From: Desulfatiglandales bacterium | GTDB taxonomy: Bacteria > Desulfobacterota > DSM-4660 > Desulfatiglandales > Desulfatiglandaceae | NCBI GenBank assembly: GCA_963662465.1 | Contig: OY759599.1 | Span: forward strand, 7,744,001 to 7,808,000 | Direction of reading: 5' to 3' | DNA: 64,000 bases | Shown: one piece after another, positions 1-7,787 of the stretch | Position numbering within the stretch: the first letter of the stretch is position 1 | Layout of the letters: every line of letters starts with the position of its first letter | The notes under the pieces: generated by a model | Seen by the model: the letters and a program-made list of their open reading frames with translations, nothing else | What the model was told of the DNA's origin: nothing | The model's database searches: none | Position numbers and translations under genes: made by a program

Positions 1-428
1 GCTCGGTCGGAGGGGAACTTGACGCCAAGGGCATCGCCCAGATAAACCCACACCTTCTTGTCAGTGGCCCGCCCGGTGAATGCCGCGACGACGTCGGGGT
101 GTGCCTTGGGCAATGGGTCTTTGAAATTAACCAGGGTGGCCAGATGGGGGAAACGTGCCAGGATGCCTGCCACGATCATGCTTTGGGTTTTACCACCGCC
201 CATGGATTCGGAGAGTTTATAGATGCCGCTGGCCGAACCTGTGCCAGCTATCCGGGCAAACGCCTGGGAGAGAAGCGTCTCCATGCCCGACGTAAGGACG
301 TTGGAGTCAAGAAACTCTCGCGCTTCTGCCTCGGTGAGTCGAGGCAGGTCGGAAAGATTGACGACAAAATCAGCTGTACCATCAAGGACGGCCTGGCGAG
401 GTATACAGGATTGAAAAAGGTTTTTCAT
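1..428 (-). CDS. DUF499-like AAA+ ATPase, 5' part (runs off window start); putative anti-phage system component
   Basis: Hand translation from ATG at 428: MKNLFQSCIPRQAVLDGTADFVVNLSDL...GIYKLSESMGGGKTQSMIV...AFTGRATDKKVW. Open to base 1. Walker A of the form MGGGKT is typical of DUF499 ATPases. Not in the ORF track. Confidence 0.75.
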   Translation of the reverse strand, partial: MKNLFQSCIPRQAVLDGTADFVVNLSDLPRLTEAEAREFLDSNVLTSGMETLLSQAFARIAGTGSASGIYKLSESMGGGKTQSMIVAGILARFPHLATLVNFKDPLPKAHPDVVAAFTGRATDKKVWVYLGDALGVKFPSDR

Positions 429-447
429 GAAAGCCCCTTTTGAATAA

Positions 448-753
448 TTATTGACAAATCAAATAGCTACGTCGTGACAAATCCGATAACCTGGGCGGAG
501 CTAATCCCCCTGTGAGCGTCCCCTTGGAAAAAATCAGAGTCCCATCTGAATCCAGGATATTTTTTTCCGTGCGCTTTGGGTAGCTGGCCGTAGGCATTTC
601 CTGAAGGTGGTATTTATCCGGGAAAATGCCGTCTTCAGTCTTCCGGCCTTTGGGAATCCATCCGCCATGGGGGATATCGTGCTTAATGGCGAAATCAAGG
701 GCCGCTTGGTCGGCGCCAGTCTGGCCGCCTGAAATGATTTTCTTTATTCGCAT
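448..753 (-). pseudogene. Putative molybdenum-carrier/YpsA-like SLOG family protein, C-terminally truncated
   Basis: MRIKKIISGGQTGADQAALDFAIKHDIPHGGWIPKGR...RTEKNILDSDGTLIF..TLTGG is the family signature. It turns into unrelated sequence after LTGG. Confidence 0.7.
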
Positions 754-784
754 AATGTTTCTATCCGTAATCAAAAGATACTTT

Positions 785-1246
785 TCACGACCAATGTTCT
801 CTAGGCCCAACATATTTCATGACCCGACCGCTTGTAGTACCAAAATCAATCACATCCTCTTCTGGCTCCTGATTCTTCCCGTTAAAAAACTCATAGCAAG
901 AGCAATTCGTATCAAAGATTATGACCGCTTCGGGATCATCGTCTATCTCACAATATTCCATGTCTAGCTTATCCTTCATACGTCCAATTATTCCGAAAGA
1001 ATCACTGAAATCAGGTGAATCTAAGACCTGTTCAATAAGGCTATAAAGTTGCAGCAAATCAACCATGAATGAATTGCATTTGTCGCATTCCATATGTACC
1101 GCATCGTCAATGAAATCATCGCATAGGTACAACCTCTTAGCTGCTCGAATAAAATTAGAATAGTATTGCTTCCCGATTCTCACATTATTGGGGGAATCAA
1201 AAGTTGATAATCCAGAATCAATAATTTCAATCAAAAAACGCCGCAT
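785..1246 (-). CDS. Hypothetical protein (acidic, several Cys)
   Basis: ORF with GAGGAGG RBS ahead of ATG 1246; AT-rich; no recognisable motif. Confidence 0.5.
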   Translation of the reverse strand: MRRFLIEIIDSGLSTFDSPNNVRIGKQYYSNFIRAAKRLYLCDDFIDDAVHMECDKCNSFMVDLLQLYSLIEQVLDSPDFSDSFGIIGRMKDKLDMEYCEIDDDPEAVIIFDTNCSCYEFFNGKNQEPEEDVIDFGTTSGRVMKYVGPREHWS

Positions 1247-1389
1247 CACTTGCCTCCTCACCCGGATAAACCCCTTCCATAACCAGGCCCGTACAACGCA
1301 CAACAATGTTTTTCTGAAACCCCAACCATGATTTCAACCTGATATCCCCACCGTGGACCCGTTTGTTGTAGGCGCACGTCCCATGACCA

Positions 1390-2037
1390 TCAAACACAAC
1401 CATGTTGTCGCCGAGGGTGGTATGGTGGCAGTTTTTCAGATACTCGCCGAATTACACAATCAACAGGCGTTGGAAAATTAAGGTGTACAGCACCTTCTTT
1501 ACGTGCGTAATAAGGTTCGTTTGCTTCCCACTGCCTCTTTGCGTTTGCATTGAATCTTGCTTCCAACGACAAGGCCTTTGCAAGCCTCTCTCCATAGAGA
1601 ATTTCTACCCAGCTATTAAGAAGGGTCAGTATTTCATCAGGATACGGGTCAAGATGATCACGTATTCCATGAAGCCCCCATAGCGCGAGTAACGTCTTTT
1701 CACTCGGTACTTGGGTATCTATAGGTTTTGTGCGCAGTGCTTTGATTTCTCTTTTTATCTTCCCTTTCTTCCGACAATACCCCCCAAAACTTAGAGAATA
1801 CGCCAGAGGTGTTATAAGAAGCAGGAAAAGAATTAGTACATATCCAATCGGAAGCATAAAGAGTTGTTTAATCCTATCACCGATGCTTTCTTCCCATTCA
1901 ATTCTCCATGTAATGTCATCTATCGGAGATTCGAATTGAATCCCATCTTTTACTAATCGGGCAAGAAACGAATTTGCCGCAGTCAAATTTGCCTCGCGGG
2001 ATTTTTCAATGCATTGACGTTCTTTGCTACTTATCAT
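1390..2037 (-). CDS. Hypothetical membrane-anchored protein
   Basis: 215-aa ORF, GAGG RBS, one hydrophobic segment (LFMLPIGYVLILFLLLITPLAY). Confidence 0.6.
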   Translation of the reverse strand: MISSKERQCIEKSREANLTAANSFLARLVKDGIQFESPIDDITWRIEWEESIGDRIKQLFMLPIGYVLILFLLLITPLAYSLSFGGYCRKKGKIKREIKALRTKPIDTQVPSEKTLLALWGLHGIRDHLDPYPDEILTLLNSWVEILYGERLAKALSLEARFNANAKRQWEANEPYYARKEGAVHLNFPTPVDCVIRRVSEKLPPYHPRRQHGCV

Positions 2038-2572
2038 AAATATAACCTCTATCCCTTAATCCAATTTGTCGCCATGCGGTTGAATGCTCCTCATTTAAGA
2101 TACGGGGTTGTTTTGGTCGATATCCATTTCGTCCTCTGGCTGAGGTTATTTTCATGCGGAGTTTATCAACAAAATTTCATGGGAAAGGATGATAGTACGC
2201 ATGGGTTCCTGAATTCAAGCTTTTTCCAAGCGCCGGGCACTAACAATAACTGACAGCCTTCCTGAGCATAACCAACAGGAGAAATCGAATTACTTTAACC
2301 TCAAAGATAAGATTCGCCAATGCCACGAGGTGAGTTGTTCGCCGTCAAAGGAATAACATGGATCAAATCAGGCCGGTTTTTTTGCCTGGGAATAGTTGGG
2401 AGGGTATTTTGTCGGTTTTGTCGGTATGTAATTAGCGCGTTTTTATATTTTTTATGCCTGGGGTGGCAGGTCCTTTTAAGGATTTTGGGTATTTTGAGTA
2501 TAGGGGTTGAAAGTTGAAAAATCTTTCTCTTGTTGATGGGGAAGGAAGCTGGCCCCCGGTGGCCGTTTTTTT

Positions 2573-2638
2573 GTGGTAAACGGATATCAAATCCGAAAAA
2601 AGTGGTAAATAAGTGGTAAATCCGGGGGTAGAGGTAAA
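2573..2638. repeat. GTGGTAAA direct repeats next to the tRNA 3' end
   Basis: GTGGTAAA at 2573, tandem AAGTGGTAAAT at 2600-2610 and 2611-2621, GAGGTAAA at 2631. Confidence 0.7.
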
Positions 2639-2678
2639 GCTCTGAAAATGGCCATTCGCCGTAAGTCCTTGTTATTGT

Positions 2679-2755
2679 TGGTGCGCCCAGCAGGATTCGA
2701 ACCTGCGACCTACGGATTCGTAGTCCGTCACTCTATCCAACTGAGCTATGGGCGC
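2679..2755 (-). tRNA. tRNA-Arg(ACG)
   Basis: GCGCCCATAGCTCAGTTGGATAGAGTGACGGACTACGAATCCGTAGGTCGCAGGTTCGAATCCTGCTGGGCGCACCA: cloverleaf, anticodon ACG, GTTCGAA T-loop, encoded CCA. Confidence 0.98.
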
Positions 2756-2769
2756 AATGGCAGAAAGAG

Positions 2770-2798
2770 TATATACCAGAGTTCGTTCGATTTGGCAA
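2770..2798 (-). promoter_or_regulatory. Putative sigma70 promoter of tRNA-Arg
   Basis: TTGCCA-N17-TATATA just upstream of the tRNA 5' end. Confidence 0.55.
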
Positions 2799-2823
2799 CC
2801 ATTCAATGGATATAAATAAATTT

Positions 2824-3312
2824 TCAGGTGTATCTGTGAACAATTTTTTTGATGATGGCGGTGGTTGAATGGCCTGTGACAAATGGGATCCTTCGAACTT
2901 GTCCTCCGGACGCTTTCACCACGTCCGCGCCGATGATTTCGCTTTCCGCCCAGTCGCCGCCTTTGACCAGAATATGGGGGAGCAGCTCTTTGATGATCCG
3001 TAAAGGGTTGTCTTCGTCAAAGATCAGGACCCCGTCAACGCATTCAAGGGCCGCCAGCAGTTCCGCCCGCATCTGTTCCGGAAAAATGGGCCTTTTGCTG
3101 CCTTTAATGGCCTGAACGGAACGATCGCTGTTGAGGCCCACCATTAAAAAATCTCCCAGATTTTTGGCGGAAGACAGATAACGGGCGTGTCCGGGATGGA
3201 GGATATCGAAACAGCCGTTGGTAAAGACGATTCGTTTTCTCGCATTTTTGAGCGTGGCGCATTTTTTTTTGGCGTCATCGAGGGTGTATATTTTGTTGAG
3301 ATACGACTTCAT
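2824..3312 (-). CDS. rfaE2: D-glycero-beta-D-manno-heptose 1-phosphate adenylyltransferase
   Basis: VFTNGCFDILHPGH, VGLNSDRSV, LVKGGDW, GHSTT. Confidence 0.93.
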   Translation of the reverse strand: MKSYLNKIYTLDDAKKKCATLKNARKRIVFTNGCFDILHPGHARYLSSAKNLGDFLMVGLNSDRSVQAIKGSKRPIFPEQMRAELLAALECVDGVLIFDEDNPLRIIKELLPHILVKGGDWAESEIIGADVVKASGGQVRRIPFVTGHSTTAIIKKIVHRYT

Positions 3313-3335
3313 TAATGGCTCCTGGTTTCAAAAGA

Positions 3336-4076
3336 TTATAGCACGGCCTTTGCCAGGGTGACACAAAAAACAGCCTCGGCGCCGCCTGAAGTCAGGACCC
3401 TTGCGCATTCGTTCAGGGTATTTCCGGTGGTTGCCACATCGTCAACCAGAAGGATGTTTTTTTTGAGTACCGCCTTGGGGGTTTTCAGGTGAAAGGCGCT
3501 GTGAACATTTTTCCGTCTTTGTTTTTTGGACAGGGTGGTTTGAGAGATGGTGTATTTTGTTCGGATCAGGGAGAAAAAATCCAATTCTCCGTTCAGTTTT
3601 TTGGCAATGTGCCTTGCCATCAGGAGGCTCTGGTTAAACCCTCGTTCCCGAAGCCGCTTGAGGTGGAGGGGAACGGGTATGATCAAAAATGGTCCCCGGT
3701 TTTGGAATCGTGTCTTCACAAATTCAGCCAGAAGCGGTCCCACTGAATCGGCCACAAAGGTTTTTTGCCCGTACTTGAGCCGATGAACCGCCTCGACAAC
3801 AGGCCCTTCGTACCGATATGGGGCGTAGGCTGTTTGAAAAAACGGCTTTGTTTTGAGGCAATCCTCACAGGTGTGATTTTCAAGCTGATGGGAATCAAAG
3901 GGCATGCCGCAGATGTTGCAGAAAGGCGCCTCGATGGCGCTGAAGCTTGAGATGCAGTCGGTGCATATGGAATGTTGGGCTTCCCCTGCAATAAAAGGGG
4001 CCTTCCACAAAAAATTTCCGCAAATGACGCATCGGGGCGGGTAGATGATTTGAGCAAGCTGTTTTATGGGGTTCAC
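3336..4076 (-). CDS. comF: ComF family protein (double zinc ribbon + phosphoribosyltransferase)
   Basis: Four CxxC pairs, PVPLHLKRLRERGFNQS, LLVDDVATTGNT. Confidence 0.92.
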   Translation of the reverse strand: MNPIKQLAQIIYPPRCVICGNFLWKAPFIAGEAQHSICTDCISSFSAIEAPFCNICGMPFDSHQLENHTCEDCLKTKPFFQTAYAPYRYEGPVVEAVHRLKYGQKTFVADSVGPLLAEFVKTRFQNRGPFLIIPVPLHLKRLRERGFNQSLLMARHIAKKLNGELDFFSLIRTKYTISQTTLSKKQRRKNVHSAFHLKTPKAVLKKNILLVDDVATTGNTLNECARVLTSGGAEAVFCVTLAKAVL

Positions 4077-4480
4077 TTTTTCGGGGGTCCGCCGGTTGGG
4101 GACGCTTTGACGAAGTCCTCAAAAGAGCAATCTCGATTGATTCCCCGGCACGCCAGTTTGGCGTTGTTCCAGGTTTCTTCATCCGCTACGTTTGCCGGGA
4201 AAAAGGGCCACAGGTCGCAGCGGGCAGGCTTTACGGGATGAATCGTACACCCTTTTCCCTTTTGAAAGAAAATGCAGAAATTGTCCGCGCCTACTTTGGC
4301 ATAGATTCTGCCATTGCGCTTTTCAGTGTATTCTGAAAGGAAATCTTCAAGGCCCAGGCCCAGAAATTCCGCTATTCTCTTCCGTTCTTCTTCTTCCATA
4401 AAGATGCCGCCCTCGCCATAGCAGCATTCTCCACACATTTTGCAATCAAATGCTTTCAATATTGATCCTCGCCCGGACAA
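4073..4480 (-). CDS. YkgJ family cysteine-cluster protein
   Basis: CKMCGECC, CIFF, CTIHPVKPARCDLWPF. Confidence 0.9.
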   Translation of the reverse strand: MSGRGSILKAFDCKMCGECCYGEGGIFMEEEERKRIAEFLGLGLEDFLSEYTEKRNGRIYAKVGADNFCIFFQKGKGCTIHPVKPARCDLWPFFPANVADEETWNNAKLACRGINRDCSFEDFVKASPTGGPPKK

Positions 4481-4494
4481 GCCGGATTTTAAGA

Positions 4495-7416
4495 TTAAGG
4501 GTTGTCGGGGTTTTTAGCGGCGTGCTTCACCAGCCGTTCAAGATCCCAGTCCACCAGGAGTCTCAAGCGGGAATTCAACCCTTTTTTCTTGTAGACAATA
4601 TGACCATGCTCAAGCCCGTATTGAAACAGATCCCGGGTGGCTTCAACGTCATGGCGGCAGTATTCGGCCAGCTTTTCCATTTCTCCCTGCCGGAACCATT
4701 CCACAGCCTGAAGGCCATGGGCGGTTTTTCCCTTGCCCAGGGTTTCCGTAGCCAGAAGATCGAGTCCCAGTCTGAACCCCAGCCGTTGATGAATGTCCGC
4801 CAGGATATCAAAGGTGGGAAGGGTTTTCAAGTCCTGTTCGGTATAGGCGCCCAGGACTTTGTAATCAAACCCAATGATGTTAAACCCCACGATGAGATTG
4901 CCTTTGGCCAGATGCCGCACCAGGTCATGGATGCGGTCTTCCTCAAACATCAGAAAACGGTTCTCCAGGCTGTCAAACAGAATTGCCACGGAGACCCTCA
5001 TGAGGTGGGTGTTACGCCAGCCCCCCACGTCCTGAGCGGTTTTTTGGGTTTCAAGGTCAAGGTAGAGTATCCGGGGGCCGGCGGGTTTTTCCTCTCGCGG
5101 CGTTGTTTTATGGGCAACCGGCAGGGGCGTCCCATGATCTGTTTCATCGGCCATGTCGCCAAAAGAAATGTGCCCCAGAAGGCCTTCGAGGATCAATTGC
5201 GCCGCCGCCTTATCCAGGGGTTTGTTGCCGGAACCGCACTTGGGGGAATGGATGCAGGAGGGGCACCCGTCCTCGCACTCGCAGCTTTTGAGGTGCTCCA
5301 GGGTTTTTTGAAGAAGTTCCAGGATAGTCTCAAATCCCCGGAGGGCCAGCCCCACGCCGCCGGGATAGGCATCGTAGATGAAGATGGCGGATTTTCCCAC
5401 CTGGGGGTGGTGGGGGTAACAGATGCCGCCGATATCGTTTCGATCGCACAGGGCAAAAAGGGGGAAGAGGCCGATGGCGGCATGCTCGATGGCATGGATG
5501 CCGCCCATGAAATGAAGCCCTTTTTTTTCCACAAAGCGCATCAGAATCGGCTCGATTTCCACCCAGAAACCAGAGGTTTCAAAAATCCGGGGGGGCAGAT
5601 CTTCCAACGGAAAGACCCCCATGAGGCCCTGCCCGGGGATCGATCGTTTTTCATAGCCGGTGACGATTTCGGTGACTTTGAGGATGCCCTCCCGTACGAT
5701 GAATTGCCCCCTTGGCCGGCTTTGGTGAATCTTGATGATTTCCGTCTCTTTTTCGCTGAGGGCACGCGTAAAATACTTGAGGTCGGATTGATGAACCACC
5801 ACGTCCTTTTTGTCCGGGAACAAATGTTCCACCTCATATTGACGGGCCCGATGCAGGTAGATGGCGCCTGGATGGCATTCCTTGAATACCTTGAAACCGC
5901 CCACCGTTCCGATGGCTTGCCCTGTCTCCCGCTCGAAAATGGTAAAGGTTTCGCCGGCGGAACGAATGTTGACGGCGAGCTGGGGGTTGCGCCGGGCCGA
6001 AAACCACATGGGGTCTCCTTCGGCGGTTCGGCTCAAGAGCCCATTTTTTTCCAGTTGGTCCAGCAGCGGCATCAGGTCGTGGGGCCAGAAGTCTTCATCT
6101 TCACGGGTGATGGGCAGTTCCGCCGCGGCGCACACCAGATGTTCTTTCACCACGTAGGGGTTGTTCGGGTCCAGGATGGCGGCTTCAAAGGACCTTTCAA
6201 ACAGTTCATGGGGATGTTTCATGAAATACTGGTCCAGAGCATCGGGTTTGGCCACCAGAAGGATCATGGAGTCCCGGCCTGATCTGCCTACCCGACCGCC
6301 TCGTTGCCAGGTGTTGATGATGGTGCCCGGATACCCCACCAGCAGGCAGATGTCCAGGTATCCGATGTCGATGCCCAGTTCCAGGGCGCTCGTGGAGACG
6401 ACCCCCAGAAGATCACCGCGAGCCAGCCGACGCTCGATGCGGCGTCTCTCCTCGGGCAGAAAGCCCGCCCGATAGGAGCTGATTTTGTCGCGAAGGGCGG
6501 GCGTGAGCTGGGTGACCCAAAGATGGATCAGTTCGGTAACCTTTCTCGCCTGGGCAAAGACAATGGTGCGAAATCCCCCTCTGACGCATTCCGTGAAAAG
6601 CTTTGCGGATGAAAAGTTGGGGCTTCCTTCGGGGTTGAGGAATAGCACGTGCCGGCCGGATTTCGGGGCGCCGGTGGCGCGGACCACTTCAATTTCCTGT
6701 TGGATGAGATTTTCCCCGAAGGGTTTGGGGTTGGCAACGGTGGCGGACAAAAGCACGAACTGGGGATTGGCCCCGTAAAAGCGGCACAGCCGTCGCAGCC
6801 GTCGGATAATCTGGCTCAAATGGCTTCCGAAGATTCCCCGGTAGGTATGCACCTCGTCCAGGACCACGAAAGAGAGATTCTTGAACAATGCCCCCCAGCC
6901 CTGGTGATGCGCCAGGATGCCCCGATGCAGCATATCGGGATTGGTGAAAAGGATATGGGGAAGGTTGCGTCGGATCATTTTTCGCTGGTAGGGCGTGGTG
7001 TCGCCATCGTAGATGGCCGCGTTGATTTGAAGGCTTTCAATCCGCTCCAGCCATGCTGAAAGACTTTTTAACTGGTCATGTTCCAGGGCCTTCAAGGGGA
7101 AGATGAAGAGGGCCCGGGCGTTGTTGTCCTGAAGTATCTTTTCAAGAACCGCCAGGGTATACACCAGGGTTTTTCCGCTGGCGGTTTCCGTGGCCACCAG
7201 TACGTTTTTCCCCGCCTCAAGATGGCGGATGGCATCGCACTGATGGGTGTAGAGGCGATTGATTCCCAGTGCGTCCATGGCCTTCCGAATGTCGGCGTGG
7301 AAATTGGGCAGTGTTCCGTAAACCGCCTCGCGGGCCGGAAGAAAATGTTCGAATACAAAGGCCCGCTCGAAGTCGGTATGACCTTTCAGGGTGCTGACGA
7401 ACTGAGAAAGGGTCAC
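4495..7416 (-). CDS. DEAD/DEAH helicase with DUF1998 (YprA/MrfA type) fused to a C-terminal RNase H-like exonuclease
   Basis: TETASGKT, DEVH, SAT, ALELGIDIG, QRGGRVGR, CECEDGCPSC; C-terminal YLDLETQ...GFNIIGFD...YCRHDV. Confidence 0.92.
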   Translation of the reverse strand: MTLSQFVSTLKGHTDFERAFVFEHFLPAREAVYGTLPNFHADIRKAMDALGINRLYTHQCDAIRHLEAGKNVLVATETASGKTLVYTLAVLEKILQDNNARALFIFPLKALEHDQLKSLSAWLERIESLQINAAIYDGDTTPYQRKMIRRNLPHILFTNPDMLHRGILAHHQGWGALFKNLSFVVLDEVHTYRGIFGSHLSQIIRRLRRLCRFYGANPQFVLLSATVANPKPFGENLIQQEIEVVRATGAPKSGRHVLFLNPEGSPNFSSAKLFTECVRGGFRTIVFAQARKVTELIHLWVTQLTPALRDKISSYRAGFLPEERRRIERRLARGDLLGVVSTSALELGIDIGYLDICLLVGYPGTIINTWQRGGRVGRSGRDSMILLVAKPDALDQYFMKHPHELFERSFEAAILDPNNPYVVKEHLVCAAAELPITREDEDFWPHDLMPLLDQLEKNGLLSRTAEGDPMWFSARRNPQLAVNIRSAGETFTIFERETGQAIGTVGGFKVFKECHPGAIYLHRARQYEVEHLFPDKKDVVVHQSDLKYFTRALSEKETEIIKIHQSRPRGQFIVREGILKVTEIVTGYEKRSIPGQGLMGVFPLEDLPPRIFETSGFWVEIEPILMRFVEKKGLHFMGGIHAIEHAAIGLFPLFALCDRNDIGGICYPHHPQVGKSAIFIYDAYPGGVGLALRGFETILELLQKTLEHLKSCECEDGCPSCIHSPKCGSGNKPLDKAAAQLILEGLLGHISFGDMADETDHGTPLPVAHKTTPREEKPAGPRILYLDLETQKTAQDVGGWRNTHLMRVSVAILFDSLENRFLMFEEDRIHDLVRHLAKGNLIVGFNIIGFDYKVLGAYTEQDLKTLPTFDILADIHQRLGFRLGLDLLATETLGKGKTAHGLQAVEWFRQGEMEKLAEYCRHDVEATRDLFQYGLEHGHIVYKKKGLNSRLRLLVDWDLERLVKHAAKNPDNP

Positions 7417-7421
7417 GTTGT

Positions 7422-7778
7422 TTACTTTTTTACTGTGGATTGGGTCTCGGACGCTTTTTTCTTCTCAAACTTTTTTTTCAGAGCCTCTTCGATTTCTTCT
7501 CCGCTCGCTTTGGCCCGATCTTTTTCCGTCATTTGAAGTTGCTCGTGGGTTTTTTTCAGGATATTGCTCATGAAGGTGTCGTTTTCAACGCTCCAGGCGC
7601 TCCATCCATCAATCCCGATATATTCGTCGTAGGTGGTTTCGTAGTAGGGATCATAAATCCTGACGCCTTTTTGTTCGTCATATTCATATCGGACAAATTC
7701 CCCATCAAAACGCTCAAAATCTTCATCTTTCAGCCCCAGGTTTTTCAACAGGGGCTTGTGTGCTTCCTTCACATTCAT
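7422..7778 (-). CDS. Hypothetical protein
   Basis: 118 aa, GGAG RBS, tightly packed between the ABC-F and helicase genes. Confidence 0.75.
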   Translation of the reverse strand: MNVKEAHKPLLKNLGLKDEDFERFDGEFVRYEYDEQKGVRIYDPYYETTYDEYIGIDGWSAWSVENDTFMSNILKKTHEQLQMTEKDRAKASGEEIEEALKKKFEKKKASETQSTVKK

Positions 7779-7787
7779 TTTATGCTC

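Noticed and set aside
99..443. Plus-strand ORFs 99-443 and 223-414
   Set aside because: Antisense shadows of the minus-strand DUF499-like ATPase.
1277..1373. attC-like look (..CAAC AAACGGGTCCACG...GTTATGG), also GTTGGGC near 805
   Set aside because: R and L boxes do not pair convincingly and there is no integron integrase in the window; IntegronFinder would be needed.
4450..6282. 610-aa plus-strand ORF
   Set aside because: Antisense to the motif-rich helicase; no recognisable motifs.
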